Below, in pieces: positions 1 to 23,977 of a stretch of 64,000 nt of DNA. The notes beneath the pieces are model-generated. The model ran no database searches. It was not told the DNA's origin and was given only the letters and a program-made list of their open reading frames with translations. The stretch lies in assembly GCF_009914755.1 (NCBI RefSeq), contig NC_060932.1. One strand, written 5' to 3'. The stretch is from the human T2T-CHM13v2.0 reference genome, Homo sapiens. The first letter of the stretch is position 1. Every line of letters starts with the position of its first letter. Both the position numbers and the translations under genes were made by a program.

Positions 1-640
1 TGTATGTGATGTTTTGATATGTGTATACAATGTGGGATGATTAGATCAAACTAATGAACACGTCCATCCCCTAATTTACTGACAATTTTCATGATGCGAC
101 ATTTGAAATGTACCCACTTAGTTATTTTGAAAGATACATTATTATTTACTATAGTCACGCTACTGTGCTATAGATTTCAAAGCATATAATCCAGCAACCC
201 AACTTCTGGATATAGACCAAAAAAAAATCAAAATCAATATGTCGAAGGGATCCCTACATTCCTATGTTCACTGCAGCACTATTCACAATACCCAAGATAT
301 AGAATCAACCTAAGTGTCCATTAGTGGATGAAAAGATAAAGCAAATGGACTATATACACACAACGGAATACTATTAACCCTTAAAAAAGAAAGAATTCCT
401 GTCATTTTCAACAACATAGATGAATTTGAAAGACATTGTGTTAAGTGAAATAAGCCAGGCACAGAAAGACAAATACTGCATGATTTTACTTATATGTGGA
501 ATCTAAAGAAGTAGAACTTACAGAAATAGAGAGTAGGACAGTGGTTATCTGGGGATGGGGTGAAGGAAAGGGAGGGGATTGGAGACACTGGTCAAAGGGT
601 ACAAAGTTTCCAATAGGAAGAATAAGTTTTGAACAAGCTA
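1..640. mobile_element. Old L1 (L1MA-like) 3' fragments: ~1-182 antisense, ~183-640 sense
   Basis: L1 3'UTR motifs: aacctaagtgtccattagtggatgaa, gttaagtgaaataagccaggcacagaaagacaaatactgcatg, aaagggtacaaagtttc. Confidence 0.8.
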
Positions 641-930
641 AACTCCTCTGAAAGTTCAGTTCCTCATCTGTAGAGCTGGGACACATCATCAACCTTCTAC
701 GGATGTTGCTGTGAGAGTAAGAGATGATGTTCAACGCAATACCTAACACACAGTCAGGTCTCCTTAAGCTTGAACCTGCATCCCCATGACCTCTACATCT
801 CAGGACAGAAGGGCTCACAGCCAGTGTCTCAGTTCCCAATGAAAAGTGGATCCCAGACCAGGCTGAACAGCAGGATCCCTAGGGGATACCCCACCCTACT
901 GAGTCAAAATCACTAGAAGTAGAGCCTGGG

Positions 931-948
931 TATGTATGTATGTGTGTG

Positions 949-989
<41 letters not shown>

Positions 990-990
990 A
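931..990. repeat. (TG)n/(TATG)n microsatellite at Alu tail
   Basis: Direct reading of tatgtatgta...tgtgtgtgtg. Confidence 0.95.
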
Positions 991-993
991 TAA

Positions 994-2472
<1,479 letters not shown>

Positions 2473-2529
2473 GGAATCTATTTTTAAAGCAATCAAGTGT
2501 TGAATAAAATTGCAACTTGGGCTGTTTTT

Positions 2530-3590
<1,061 letters not shown>

Positions 3591-4249
3591 GCCCAACTTG
3601 GGCTCTTTTAATCTATGGAAAATGAACTATCGGTACTTGGCAAGAACAAAGAGGGAGAGAGGCAGAAATGGAGCCACGAGGGCACATTGATTGGTCTGTA
3701 GTACACAGGGCTCCTACTGCAAATGGTCTCTAAATGACTTCATCAGTTGCTCATAAAAAAAAATCACCCTCTGCTCCAATCATGGAGGAAAAAGTATGGA
3801 TTGGACCTGGTGAGCCACGGTAAGACTGACTGCTAAACTTCATGAATGATGAGGGGATTTGCACGTATAATCTTGACTGTACTAGATTTTTTATTTTATC
3901 CACTGTCTTTGAAAACCTAACTCTTGACTAAGAACTAACTTTCCTGTACTTGTTGTTGACTCTAAGTAAACTTCCAATTCCACATAGTCCAAAGATGATG
4001 TGTTGAGAAATCTCTCAAAAGAAAAATGCTAAGAATACAGGCAGAGTTATGCGGCAAGTTTTGCAGAATTAACACAAATTGTATTGTAGGTATGAAGCAC
4101 AGAACATTTTCATGGGTAAAGAAAAAAGTGTTCTTCATTCTAGTAGACACTGCAGGATGAGGCCGATCAAGGTCCTTGCCCAGCCAGACCTTGGGCTCTT
4201 ACCTAATTTGTGTTAGAGTCAACCCTGATGGAGTCTGTATCTCAGTCAT

Positions 4250-6270
<2,021 letters not shown>

Positions 6271-7169
6271 ACCGTCTTGATCCCATTTCCCAAAAAAATC
6301 ATTTTTTTGAGATCTTACCATCTCCTGGCTTGGTGCAGAGTACAGGAAATCAAGACAAAGTACAGCACACAAGGAATAAGGAGGGAGGGAAGCGTGGGGG
6401 AGGCTGACACCGTGGACTCTCCCAGCTCAGTCGACCCATGCGTCTTGCTTCATGGAAGAAAGGAATGGAAGATGAATCATGCCTTCAGCACACAGTGACC
6501 TTCCTCACTAGTAAATGTGCCTCCAGAAGTGTCCAAGAACTCAGTGCCAGAGCCAGGCTGGCTGCATGAGAATCACCTGCGAGTTTTTGCAAACATAGAC
6601 CCCTACTGGCTCCAAATGTATTCATCTCTTGGAGAGGAGGAGAGAGGCAGAACAAGGAAAAGGATGGGAAGAAACCAGCCTTGTGCACAGGAGGATGCTG
6701 GGATTCCTCCTGCAAGTTTAGCGCAATGCAGCCTATTTTACAAGGTCACAGAAGCTCAGAGATGTAAACCTGCCCAGGTTCTCATAGCTTGTAAGTGGCA
6801 AAACCCGCCCAAGTCTCTGTCTCTAGAGATATTTCCACTTGCTTCAACTCTGGAGCTGTCTTAGTTGTAAAGATGACAGATTCCACTCCTCACTCACTTT
6901 TGTTAGCAGATATTGCCTAAGGTCCCTTGTGAATATTTAGGTCAGGGCTTTTTTTTTTGAGTTTTTTGTTTGTTTGTTTGTTTTTATAAAAGCAATCTTG
7001 TAGAAAGAACCCAAAGTGGCTCCCCGTTTTAAGACCCTGCAAACAGAGAGACCAGAGTATGGAGTCTTGGTCTGATTTCCACACCTTCCTTAGATTTCCC
7101 TGTGTGTAAAATCCAACAACAATCTTTGACAAATTGCCTCCCCCAGGGGAGAGATGGAGGAAGTGTTAA

Positions 7170-7476
<307 letters not shown>

Positions 7477-8389
7477 ACTTTGCTATTTTTTTAATAGACA
7501 GCTTCGAGGTCCAGTATGATTTCACAGATTAGGAAACATCACAGGCAAAGAAGAACACTTTGCACTTAAATAGTAGAATGTTTTCATTTTCAAAGAGCTC
7601 TCACCTGCCATCTAATCTTGTCTTCCTAGCAGTCCTGGGAGAGAAGTAGATGTGGTTTCCAATCCCACTTTCCAAAAGAGGAGACTGAGGCAGAGGCTTT
7701 GCAGATACACAGAGGACATGTGAGGACAGGTGAAGGTCATGATCATTGTCAGCGCCCTCCCCCAACTTGACATTCCCAGACCTAGTGGACTTCCAAACAC
7801 AGGAGAAAGAAGAACTGATCAATCAATTCTGCCATGGGTGCCAGGACCCAATTTTTCCCTGGCTAACTCGGTCACATCCTGTCTGGGATCTCCAACTATT
7901 ATCCATCCCACAAGTCTCAGCTAAAACAGGAATTCAACGGGGAACATTTTTCTGAGGCTCCAGGATTGGGCTAGGCCCTCTCCATGGCTCTCTGACCTTC
8001 CCCTACGGCAGAACGTAGCACCTGTATGTCACTATTTGTTCAAACATGTGTCTTTCATATGCTCTCCACGTTGTCTGCAGCATCTGCCAAGAATAATAAT
8101 GAATGGTAAAACCTAATTTCTATTGAGTGCCGATGATGCACTTTTAATGTGACATCTTATTTAATCCTCACTATATCTGCAAAAGTAGAAGGTATTAATA
8201 GCCAATTTTCAGATAAGAAAGTCAAAGCACAGTTTCTATAACTTACCCAAGCAGCTAACTAGGAGGCAGCTCAGTTTGAGCCCAGGGAATCATATTCCAG
8301 AGACCATGTTCTCCATTACTAGAGCAGGTACCTCCCCAGAATCTAGCAGGTGGTTAACGAGTCTTTGTGGCATAAATGAACAGAAGGAC

Positions 8390-8795
8390 AACAGATGGAT
8401 GGATACATAGGTGGATGGATGGATAATGGGTGGGTGGGCAGGTGGACGAATGAATGGATGGTTGAGTCAGTGAAGTGATGGCTGAGTGGGTGGAGAAATG
8501 GATGAGTGGGTGAGGGGTTGAAGGGATAAATGGATGGATGGGTGGGTGGATAGATGGTTAGATGAGTGAATGGGTGGATAGATGCATGGGTGAGCGGATG
8601 GACAGATGGGTTGGTGGGTGGGTAGGTGGATGATAGCTGGGTGCATAAGACAGTGGGTTGGATGGATAGATGGGTGGGTGGGTAGATAGATGGGTGGGTG
8701 GTTGGATGTATGCATGTCTGGATGGATGGATGGATGGATGGACGGATGGAAGGAAGGAAGGGTGGATGGATGGATGGACAGATGAACAGATGGAC
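8390..8795. repeat. Degenerate (GGAT/GGGT)n low-complexity repeat
   Basis: gatggatggatggatggatggacggatggaaggaagg...; explains the H/P/S-rich spurious ORFs. Confidence 0.95.
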
Positions 8796-10652
8796 TTGGG
8801 CATTTATTCGGGGTCCTCCAAAGAATTGAGTGATTTCCCTAGGGTGTCTCATCACCTGCAGGTAGGTGGGCAAGGGGGCTTGCCTCTGTAATACTCATGA
8901 TTATAGGTAGTGCTCAGCCTTAGTCACCACTCTCAGAACGCTTTATTGACTAGGAAAGTCAAAACTGGCATTGATAACTAATGCAAATTGCAGCTATAAC
9001 TAACAGAAGATGTTGAGCTGATGACAGCTGGGCAACCAATAATCAATAACTTGGCTGTGTCATATTACTGTCATGCTGGGCAGGTAGAGCCACGGATTCC
9101 TTCATCCCTCCATCACATTGAGGATGCTTATCAAGACTTCCCCAACAATGGGGACAGGGATATTATCAAATACTTGCAGTTCACCCCAAAATGCTCACCG
9201 TCTTCGTTCCACCTGCACATGACCTTCAGCTCAAAGACATTTCCAGTCCTCCAGGTCAGCCCTTCTTCCAGCCTTTGAATTAACCCTGATGACGGCCTGC
9301 CCATTAGGTGTCTTCAGCTTTCATCACACAGCCTTTTCCAAGGCTCTCCTTCAATCCAGCCCTCACTAAACGCTGGAACTGTTGTTGACAAAATCCAGAA
9401 CAAGCTGGGTGGGGGATGCAGTTGGGAAGCAGACTGTAGTAATGGGGAAAAATTCTAAGCAATCTCGATCACAGAAAAGAAACTGAACAGGTAAGAGAGA
9501 GGCAGTCAAGAGAACAAGTGTGAATTTTGCATAACTGAAGCTGAAGAAGATCGGGGGGCATGGTAGACCACAAGATAAATATGATACAGCCTCCTTTTTA
9601 AAAAAGTATAAACATCCACCCTTTCCTACTGACAACTGTGCTTCAAATATTGCTAAGGTCTTTACTAAGGGTGAGTCAGAAAAACTGGGTATTTTATGCA
9701 ATACAGTAAGAAGGCCCATAGGCAAGTATGTTCCTGACAACACCTTCTAGGATAAGCCCTGAGATTCTAGTTACACCTGTCGTAAAGTTGTCTCTCACTC
9801 CTGCTGTTGGAGAGCTACCATGAGAGAAGAACCATAGTAAAGTGGTTAAGAGTGTGCACCCAGCGACCGGCCAGATGGCTACAAACCATCACTATCTAAT
9901 ACCGAGCAAGTTACATAATGTTCCCAAGCCTCAACTTTCTCATCTGTAAAATGGGTATGTTGTCATTCGTTAATCAAATTCTAGGTGAGCATATACTAAA
10001 CACCAGAGACACAAATGAGAATCAGAACAGGCATGTCCCTGGCCCTTATGGTGACCACAGTCTTGAAGGGGAAGGATGACACGCACAGAAATAGGAAGCC
10101 ATAGCTGAGCTAGTGTCTACCACAGAGAGGCACCTGGTGTCATGAAAGCAGATAACAGGGGGTTGCTGTGACTGAGTCAGTGTGGCCAGACGTCCCTGAG
10201 GATGTAGTGACTCCACTGTCAGATGAGACCGTGACCAGGTGAAGAAGCAGGGAGAGGGAAAATTTTTCCAGGCGGAAAGAGCAGGATGTGCAAAGACCCT
10301 GTGGCAGGAAAAGAACAAAGGAAGTGCAAGAGCCTGAAAGAGGCCAGAGAGAGCAAGTGAAAATGTGGATAATCACAGCACCGACCTCATACAGGACTTG
10401 CAAGAAATCGAGACCCTGTCTGTAACAGATTCAGCAATGACTAAATAGAAACTATCTCCTAAAAGCACACGATGAGGCTCCTTGGTGGTATTTCCCACAT
10501 GAGGATGCCATGCACTCAGAGGCCAAGTTCAACCTGTCTGTAGACAACCTCCAAGCCAGCTGGACACACATACACCGTCACGCTCAGGATACCCAGGACA
10601 GAGTCCTGGATGCTTGAAGTCATGATAAGTATCCAGAATGACACAGAATTCC

Positions 10653-10966
<314 letters not shown>

Positions 10967-11662
10967 TGACACCGAATTTGCTAAAGGGGGAGAAAGGGCT
11001 TTCTTCCAAAGCTGGGCCTGGTTTCTACAGAGAGTCTTTCACATGAAAATTAGGCAGCTTTTTGCAAGCACCTCAGAGGAGAACCCCTCACCCTGATGAA
11101 TCAGGCACAGGGGCGGATCCAAGACAACTGGCTGCGTGCATGTGAACAAGTCTATGGTGGAAATGCAGTGCTTTATTTGTTTGTGGTGGTTTAATCACCA
11201 GGAGGGAGAAGCTTCTAAAGCAGCATTCAGAGGTGGCTGTTGCCTGGGTTTTCTGGAAGCGGGAGGCGGTGAGGATGAGGGCTTCCCTTTCATCTGCAGG
11301 CCTCTTGCAGAAGGAGCTGGGGAAAGCTTTGCAACCCTCTGCACACTGTTTGCCATCTTGTCTGGCTGGGACGCCGAGCTCCAGATGGGGGCAGATGGGA
11401 TAGCTCTTGCCACCGTATTTGGAGAGAGATGGCAGGGAAGTCAGCCCCCGTGGAGAAGACAGGAGCAGGCACGTGCTGGACAGTGCTGCCCAGGCCCCTG
11501 GGGCTGAAGTGTCCAACCCCACAGCCTCTAGGTGCCACTAAAGCAGCCCAAGAGGACCTTCTCTGTCCATCTCCATCCTGGCACCTACAGACACTTGGAG
11601 AGAGTCCTTCACATGGGAACTCACAAATGCACACTGATAACCCCCACACGGAACTCTCATAC

Positions 11663-11846
11663 GTAGCAAGTGAAAAGACAGGATGCCAGCTTAACTTGAA
11701 TTTCAGATAAACAACAAATCATTTTTTAGGGTAAGCAGGTCCCAAATATTGCATGGGATATATTTGCACCAAAAAAAAAAAAAAAAAAAGGTTAATGAGA
11801 AGTTCAGGTTTAATTGGACCTCCTGTATTTTACCTGGCAAGCCTAA
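11663..11846. mobile_element. MER53-like palindromic hAT MITE
   Basis: acaggatgccagcttaacttgaatttcagataaacaac...gtcccaaatattgcatggga...ttcaggtttaattggacctcctgtattttacctggcaagccta resembles the MER53 inverted-repeat consensus. Confidence 0.7.
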
Positions 11847-13229
11847 CCTTGCATAAACACAACCTCGAGCTTGAAACTCACAGAGAAGCCACGGCCGTGC
11901 TCACACACGTGCACAAACCCATATGCCTTACAGAGTCAAGGGCTGTGATGAGGGTCCCCACCCTTGCACACTTCTCTGTCCTCTGTCTGGGCTCAGAGTA
12001 AACAGGGGGTCACCTGGAATCCACGTCTAAGCTGGGCTTGGAGGTGTCCTAATGAAGCAGGATGCTGACATGCACTTCCCCAGGTCAGCTGGGGCTGTAG
12101 CCAGGCCTAGCTTCCAGTCTCGGGCCTAGAACACACAGCACAGCCCCAGACCTTGGCAAGAAGGCTTCATCTCAAGGGCCACTGGTGCAGGAACTATTAG
12201 AAGCCCCACTTCTTTCCTCTGTTTCTGCTGCCATTGCCCCAGTCTCTGACCCTGCCACTCAATCACTCTATAAACACAGCAGGTACTAGGGGTGGCTCTG
12301 GGCTCAGCACTAAAGACACTGACCCTGGTAAAGCCACAGTCTAGCAATGACAGTCAACCACGTATCAGCAACAGCCCTTCCCCACACGTGCTGACTGCGA
12401 ACAAGGCCGGCGCTGTGAACGTGCTCTCAACAGTGATCTCACTGAACCCTCATGGCAGCTCTAGGATGCAGACAGTAGCATCACATTATCCCCATTTTAC
12501 TTTTGAGGAAACTGAGGCCTGAAGAAGGCAAATGCAGGCCTCGAGATTTGCAGTAACATTGCCAGGAATGTTTGAGAAAGCAAACTTCTCCAGAGTGAGG
12601 CAGTCTGCCAGAGCTCAGAAGCCAGAGTCCCTGTTAGCAGGGGCTGGGGGCACTGTGGGGTGGAGGCAGACAAGCAGGTAGGGGCTGGAACCCCCAGGAC
12701 ACCAGAGTGCAAACTGGTGTGAGTAAAAGAAAGAGGGGCTGTCGTGCCATCATCTGCAGAAGATGATGTCTACAGAGGACAGTACCATGTGAGCCCTTGG
12801 GAAGCTGGATGACCGGATGGAATTTTGCACAGGATGCAAATTGAGCACAGATCCCCCTCTGACCTAGACAGCCCACCTCCAGGAACATCTCACAGAAATG
12901 CAGGCACAGAGCACCAAGTGATGTGTGTAAGGAAATTCATTAGAACACCGTCTGTGACTGGGAAAAGGTGGAAACCATCCAAAGACGTATCGGTGCAGGG
13001 CTGGTTAAACGAAGCGTGGTGCATCCACAGGTCAGAATAACTGCTGGGAGAAGAAGGTGGTACCCAGGTTCCAACGTGAGACAATGTCAAAGACATGCTG
13101 CCTGAAAAGCAGGCTTTCCAAAGAATAAATATAGCATTATTGCATTTTTACTTTTTTAAAAATATTACAATAAACACTTATGTGCAAATACATGTGCTTG
13201 TGTGCACAGAGGAAAAAGCTGTGGACAGA

Positions 13230-13515
13230 AACAGAAAACCAAACACGGTGTGTTCTCACTCATAAGTGGGAGTTGAACAATGAGAACACATGGACACAGG
13301 GAGGGGAACATCACACACCGGGGCCCATCGGGGGTGGGGGACAAGGCGAGGGAGAGCGTTAGGACAAATACCTAATGCATGCGGGGCTTAAAACCTAGAT
13401 GACGGGTTGATAGATGCAGCAAACCACCATGACACATGTATATCTATGTAAGAAACCTGCACATTCTGCACATGTATCTCAGAACGTAGAATAAAAAATA
13501 AAAAGAAATCAAAGA
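13230..13515 (+). mobile_element. L1PA-type 3' end with A-tail
   Basis: ttctcactcataagtgggagttgaacaatgagaacacatggacacagggaggggaacatcacacaccggggcc...aaacctgcacattctgcacatgta. Confidence 0.92.
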
Positions 13516-13621
13516 AAAAGGTGGGGAGAGGTATACCCCAACCCTTCCCAGTGTTACCTCTGAGATGCAAGATCAAGAAAAGCAAATCAAGAGGTAGTTT
13601 TGCTTTCTGTTTTCTATATAA

Positions 13622-14242
13622 ATTTTTTTTTTTTTTTTTTTTTTTCTGGAGACATAGTCTCGCTCTATTGCCCAGTCTGGAGTCCAGGGACACAATCTCG
13701 GCTCACTGCAACCTCCTCCTCACCACAACCTCCTCCTCACTACAACCTCCTCCTCAGTGCAACCTCCTCCTCACTGCGACCTCCTCCTCACTGCGACCTC
13801 CTCCTCACTGCGACCTCCTCCTCACTGCAACCTCCTACTCACTGCAACCTGCTCCTCACTGCAACCTCCTCCTCACTGCAACCTCCTCCTTACTGCGACC
13901 TCCTCCTCACTGCAACCTCCTCCTTACTGCGACCTCCTCCTCACTGCAACCTCCTCCTCACTGCAACCTGCTCTTCACTACAACCTCCTCCTCACTGCAA
14001 CCTCCTCCTCATTGCAACCTGCTCCTCACTGCAACCTGCTCCTTCTGGGTTCAAGGGATTCTCTTGCCTCAGCCTCCCAAATAACTAGGATTACAGGCAT
14101 GCACCACCAAGCCCGACTAACTTTTGTATTTTTTGTAGATACAGGGTTTCACTATTTTGGCCACCTGGTCTCAAACTCCTGGCCTGCCCACCTTAGCCTC
14201 CAAAAGTCCTGGGATTACAGGTGTGAGCCACCACGCCTGGCC
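13622..14242 (-). mobile_element. Alu carrying an internal minisatellite expansion
   Basis: Alu sequence flanks both sides of the 17-bp array. Confidence 0.9.
13702..14041. repeat. 17-bp minisatellite, ~20 copies, consensus CTCACTGCAACCTCCTC
   Basis: ctcactgcaacctcctc|ctcaccacaacctcctc|ctcactacaacctcctc|ctcagtgcaacctcctc|ctcactgcgacctcctc...; 340 bp / 17 = 20. Confidence 0.95.
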
Positions 14243-14807
14243 TGCATTGCTTGAATTCTCAGACCACATGGACCCTCTCATCTGGCCCAATTGCAAGAGT
14301 CCAAGGCAGGAAAGGCAGAAGGCAGGGGCTTACCCCTCCATCAGGACAACATAGAACAGAGTCAAAAAAGGAAAACATGAATGGATCAGTCAAGAGGGCC
14401 GTGCACATGCCCTCCCAGGCACCTACATCTTGCAACTTAAGCCGACAGCCTTTCAAGCCACAGAGTCTTCCTCCCCAGAGACTAGCAAGGACACAAGCCC
14501 TGGCCAGGCCTTTCCAGGAAGATGTTCTGAGGGACAAGCTGGGGGGCACAGTCAGGGGTGGCAGGAGGAAAGGGGGACACGAAGCCAAGGAAACCAGGGC
14601 ACCCCATGCTTCCTGAAGGCAACTAGAACAGGGCGCCACACAGAGCCCCTGTGTACCTGTTTCTACAACAGCCTGAATACAAGGAAAAGGAAAACAAGGA
14701 AAATACACAAAGCCCAGCCTCACCAGGAGCAGGTTAAATAAAGGTGTGTGAATTTTCCTCATGTCCTTTGGAATTGGAAATCCAAGCTTCCTCTTCTGTG
14801 CCTTTAA

Positions 14808-15311
<504 letters not shown>

Positions 15312-16104
15312 TGAGGTCTAGAGGGTCAGAGGGAGCCAGACTCCTTAGAGAAGCTAAGGCGGGAGACCTGTGCTGGGCTGTGGTTAAACTGCCCCCTTCC
15401 AGCTGGGGCCGAATTGAAAGTGAAAGACTGCCCCCAGAATACAGGGCCCTCAGAGGCCCTGGGGATCTGTGCTGGCAGTCAGGAGGACTGTCACCTCAGT
15501 GCAGTTGCCTGCAAGAAGGGCTGTGCAGGAAGCTGCATGTTGCTCAGAGAACAAAAAAAGGAAATTAAATGCACCATCTCCTTATTAGCATGAGCTTTTG
15601 AGGCAGACACTTAAATATGCATGCCTAGACATTGTAAAACTTGGGGGAAATGTTAATTTCAATAACGCCACTTCTTGTGCTTGCAGAAACCATTCTTTTA
15701 TCTCCCTTCCTAGTCATTTGCGGGCTCCATCCCTCAGAGTGGCAGCGCCAAGACAGCCGGCCTCACTGGGTTTTGTAAGCTGTGCAAGGTGAGATCCCAA
15801 GCCCTGGCCTCGAGACCCATCTTAGGAAAATGTTAGAACAGGGCAACAAGTTGCCATTTCCTCCCTCCTTTCTCTTCCCCATACAAAAATCAGAAAGCAC
15901 CCTTGCCCAGTGCCCAGCCACAGTGAGGAAGAAACCCCACACAAAATCCTGGGTTGTGCCCCTGATACCAAAGACCTGCAAAATTGGGCCTCACCTGCTG
16001 CAACCTCAGCCCAGACTTGTGTACATTTCAAGGGTGGCTGGACTCATGGCCGCCTGGGACGTCAGAGTGGTACGAAGTCCTCTTAACCTAAGACTGTCAG
16101 GGTA

Positions 16105-16328
16105 CAAGGATCAGCATTTTTTTCCTTTCTCTCCAGGGCCAGATGGTAAATAGTTCAGCTTTGCAGGCCATAGGTCTCTGTCCCAAATATTCAACTCTCC
16201 ATTGTAGCAGGAAAGCAGCCACAGACAATAGGCACTGAAATGGGTGTGGCTGTGTTCCAATAAAACTTTATTTGTGTGAACAGGCAGGGGGCTGGTTCTG
16301 GCCTGTGGGCTATAGCCTGCCTCCTCTG
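16105..16328. mobile_element. MER58-like hAT-Charlie element
   Basis: gggccagatggtaaatagttcagctttgcaggcc...aaagcagccacagacaata...ggctgtgttccaataaaactttattt. Confidence 0.75.
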
Positions 16329-16724
16329 CTACAGGCTGATCTCCAAGGACCCATCCATCTTGTAGACCAGCAGCTGGCACACAGGAGCTGCTCAGATACT
16401 TGAAGGAGGAATGGAGAAGGCAAACAGCCACCAGTGTGCAGATGTGAGGGTCTCCCAGCGGCACCATCCTTTGCCATCTCATGCCAAGGGACAAAGCCAG
16501 AGCAGGGCTCTCCACCAAGGCTGGGTTCTCCTCCAAGGAAATGTGATAACAGGACAGGAAGCATCGTGGAAGGATAGGGGCTTTGGAGTCCCACAAACCA
16601 CAGTTTGCAAGACCAGGAGCATCCTGCACTTCCTTGCACACATCCTGGGTGGGTACTGGAGCATCTAGACTTAGAGTGAATCTTCTCCCCATCCTCCCCC
16701 AACTGGCCTCCATTAAACTTCCAG

Positions 16725-17540
16725 CAACAATGTGGTGTATGTACACAATGGAATACTATTCAGCCTTCAAAAAGAAGGAAATCCTGCCATTTGAGACAAC
16801 ATGGATGAGCCTGGAGGATATTATGTTAAGTGAAATAAGCCAGGCACAGAACGACAAATACCACATGATCTCACTTACATGTGGAATCTAAAAAAGTTGA
16901 ACTCGGCCAGGCATGGTGGCTCATGCCTGTAATCACAGCACTTTGGGAGGCTGAGACCAGCAGATTTCTTGAGCCTAGGAGTTCGAGACCAGCCTGCATA
17001 ACATAGCAATACCCCATCTCTACAAAAAATACAAAAATTATTGGAGCATGGTAGTGCATGCCTGTACTCCCAGATACTCAGGAGGCTGAGGTGGAAGGAT
17101 TGATTGAACTTGGGACATCAAGGCTGCAGTGAGCCATGATCACAACCCTGCACTACAGCCTGGGCAATAGAAGGAGATTTTCTCAAAAAAAAGAAAAAAA
17201 AAAAAGAGAAGAAAAAAGTTGAATTCACAGAAGCAGAGTAGAATGATGGTTGCCAGGGTGGGGAAGTGGGCAGATGCCAAAGGACACAGAATGTCATTTT
17301 TAGAGAAGAATAAGTTCAGGAGATCCATGGGACAACAAGGTACCTATAGTTAATAACAACATATCATACACTTGGAAATCACTAAGAGAGTAGATTGTTT
17401 AAGTGTTCTCACCCCAAAAAGTAAGTCTGGGAGGTGATATGTTATTTAGCTTGATTTAGCCATTTCATAATGTATACATACCTCAATCACATCATGTTGT
17501 ATACCCTCTTGTACATAATTTTTGCCAATTCAATAAATTC
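16725..17540 (+). mobile_element. L1MA-like 3' end interrupted by AluJ-like (16905-17205)
   Basis: acaatggaatactattcagccttcaaaaagaaggaaatcctgccattt...; aaaaagttgaa duplicated on both sides of the Alu. Confidence 0.85.
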
Positions 17541-17607
17541 AACAACTCCAAAAAACAAGACATTCTCTTTACAAAAATAATTATTAAAAATAAAATTCAG
17601 AATTCTA

Positions 17608-18349
<742 letters not shown>

Positions 18350-19176
18350 GGCTCCCCAGGCTTAAAGCAAAACCCCCATCTTGTCTGTCTCCACTCTCAT
18401 CCCAGGCAATCGCCGTCATTTCCACAGCCTCAACCACTGTCTACCTGGGATGCCTCCCAAGCCCGGGTCGCCAGCCCAAACCTGCCTTCCTAGCCCCAGA
18501 CCCATCTGTCCTGGCACACATTGCCCCCTGGGTCCTCAGCAACCTCAGCCAATGAGACCAATGCCAACTTCCCGTCCTTGCCTGACACTGTCAGCCCTGA
18601 GATCAGACTTGACCATTCACCTCCAGTACCTGATAGGTCCGTCAGTCCTTTGGAACATATCCCACGAACATTCCCCAAACCAGGCACCGGACTCCACACA
18701 TCAACACCGTCACGTGAGTCACCAGCATCCCTGGCAGGGACCCCTGTCCCAGCCTCCAACTCATCTCCTTCCTGTCCCTTGAGTTCTGTGTCACATTCCA
18801 GAGGCCACAAGAAGAAAAATGACCACCTTAATGAAATTAAAAGAATTGAGAAGACATTTCTCTATGGTCCAAAATATTTCCAACTGAGAAACACATATCA
18901 AGATCCAGCCTGCTGGCCCTGTGGTTAAATGTTCCTGAAATAATTAAAGCCCAGGGCAACACAGCCCCCACTCCACAAGTACTCCCAGCACAGTAAGACT
19001 TGCTTCTCTACAGGGGCTTGAAATGTCCAGTGTGTACCCTGCCCCTCTCTGTCGTAGCTAACAGGAATGTGCTCCGTGTCTTCTTCCTGCTCAAAGGACC
19101 GTCCACCAACCTGCGCAGGCAGCACTTTCGGCAAGGGGAGGATGGGAGAACATCCTACCATTTCCCACTTACTCAC

Positions 19177-23977
<4,801 letters not shown>

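Noticed and set aside
8343-8891. H/P/S/I-rich and W/M/D/G-rich ORFs
   Set aside because: Translations of the (GGAT)n simple repeat
13702-14041. CRISPR-like appearance of the repeat array
   Set aside because: Units are head-to-tail with no unique spacers, Alu-derived and eukaryotic
13521-14254. Three overlapping 160-190 aa repetitive ORFs
   Set aside because: Product of the stop-free 17-bp minisatellite and flanking Alu
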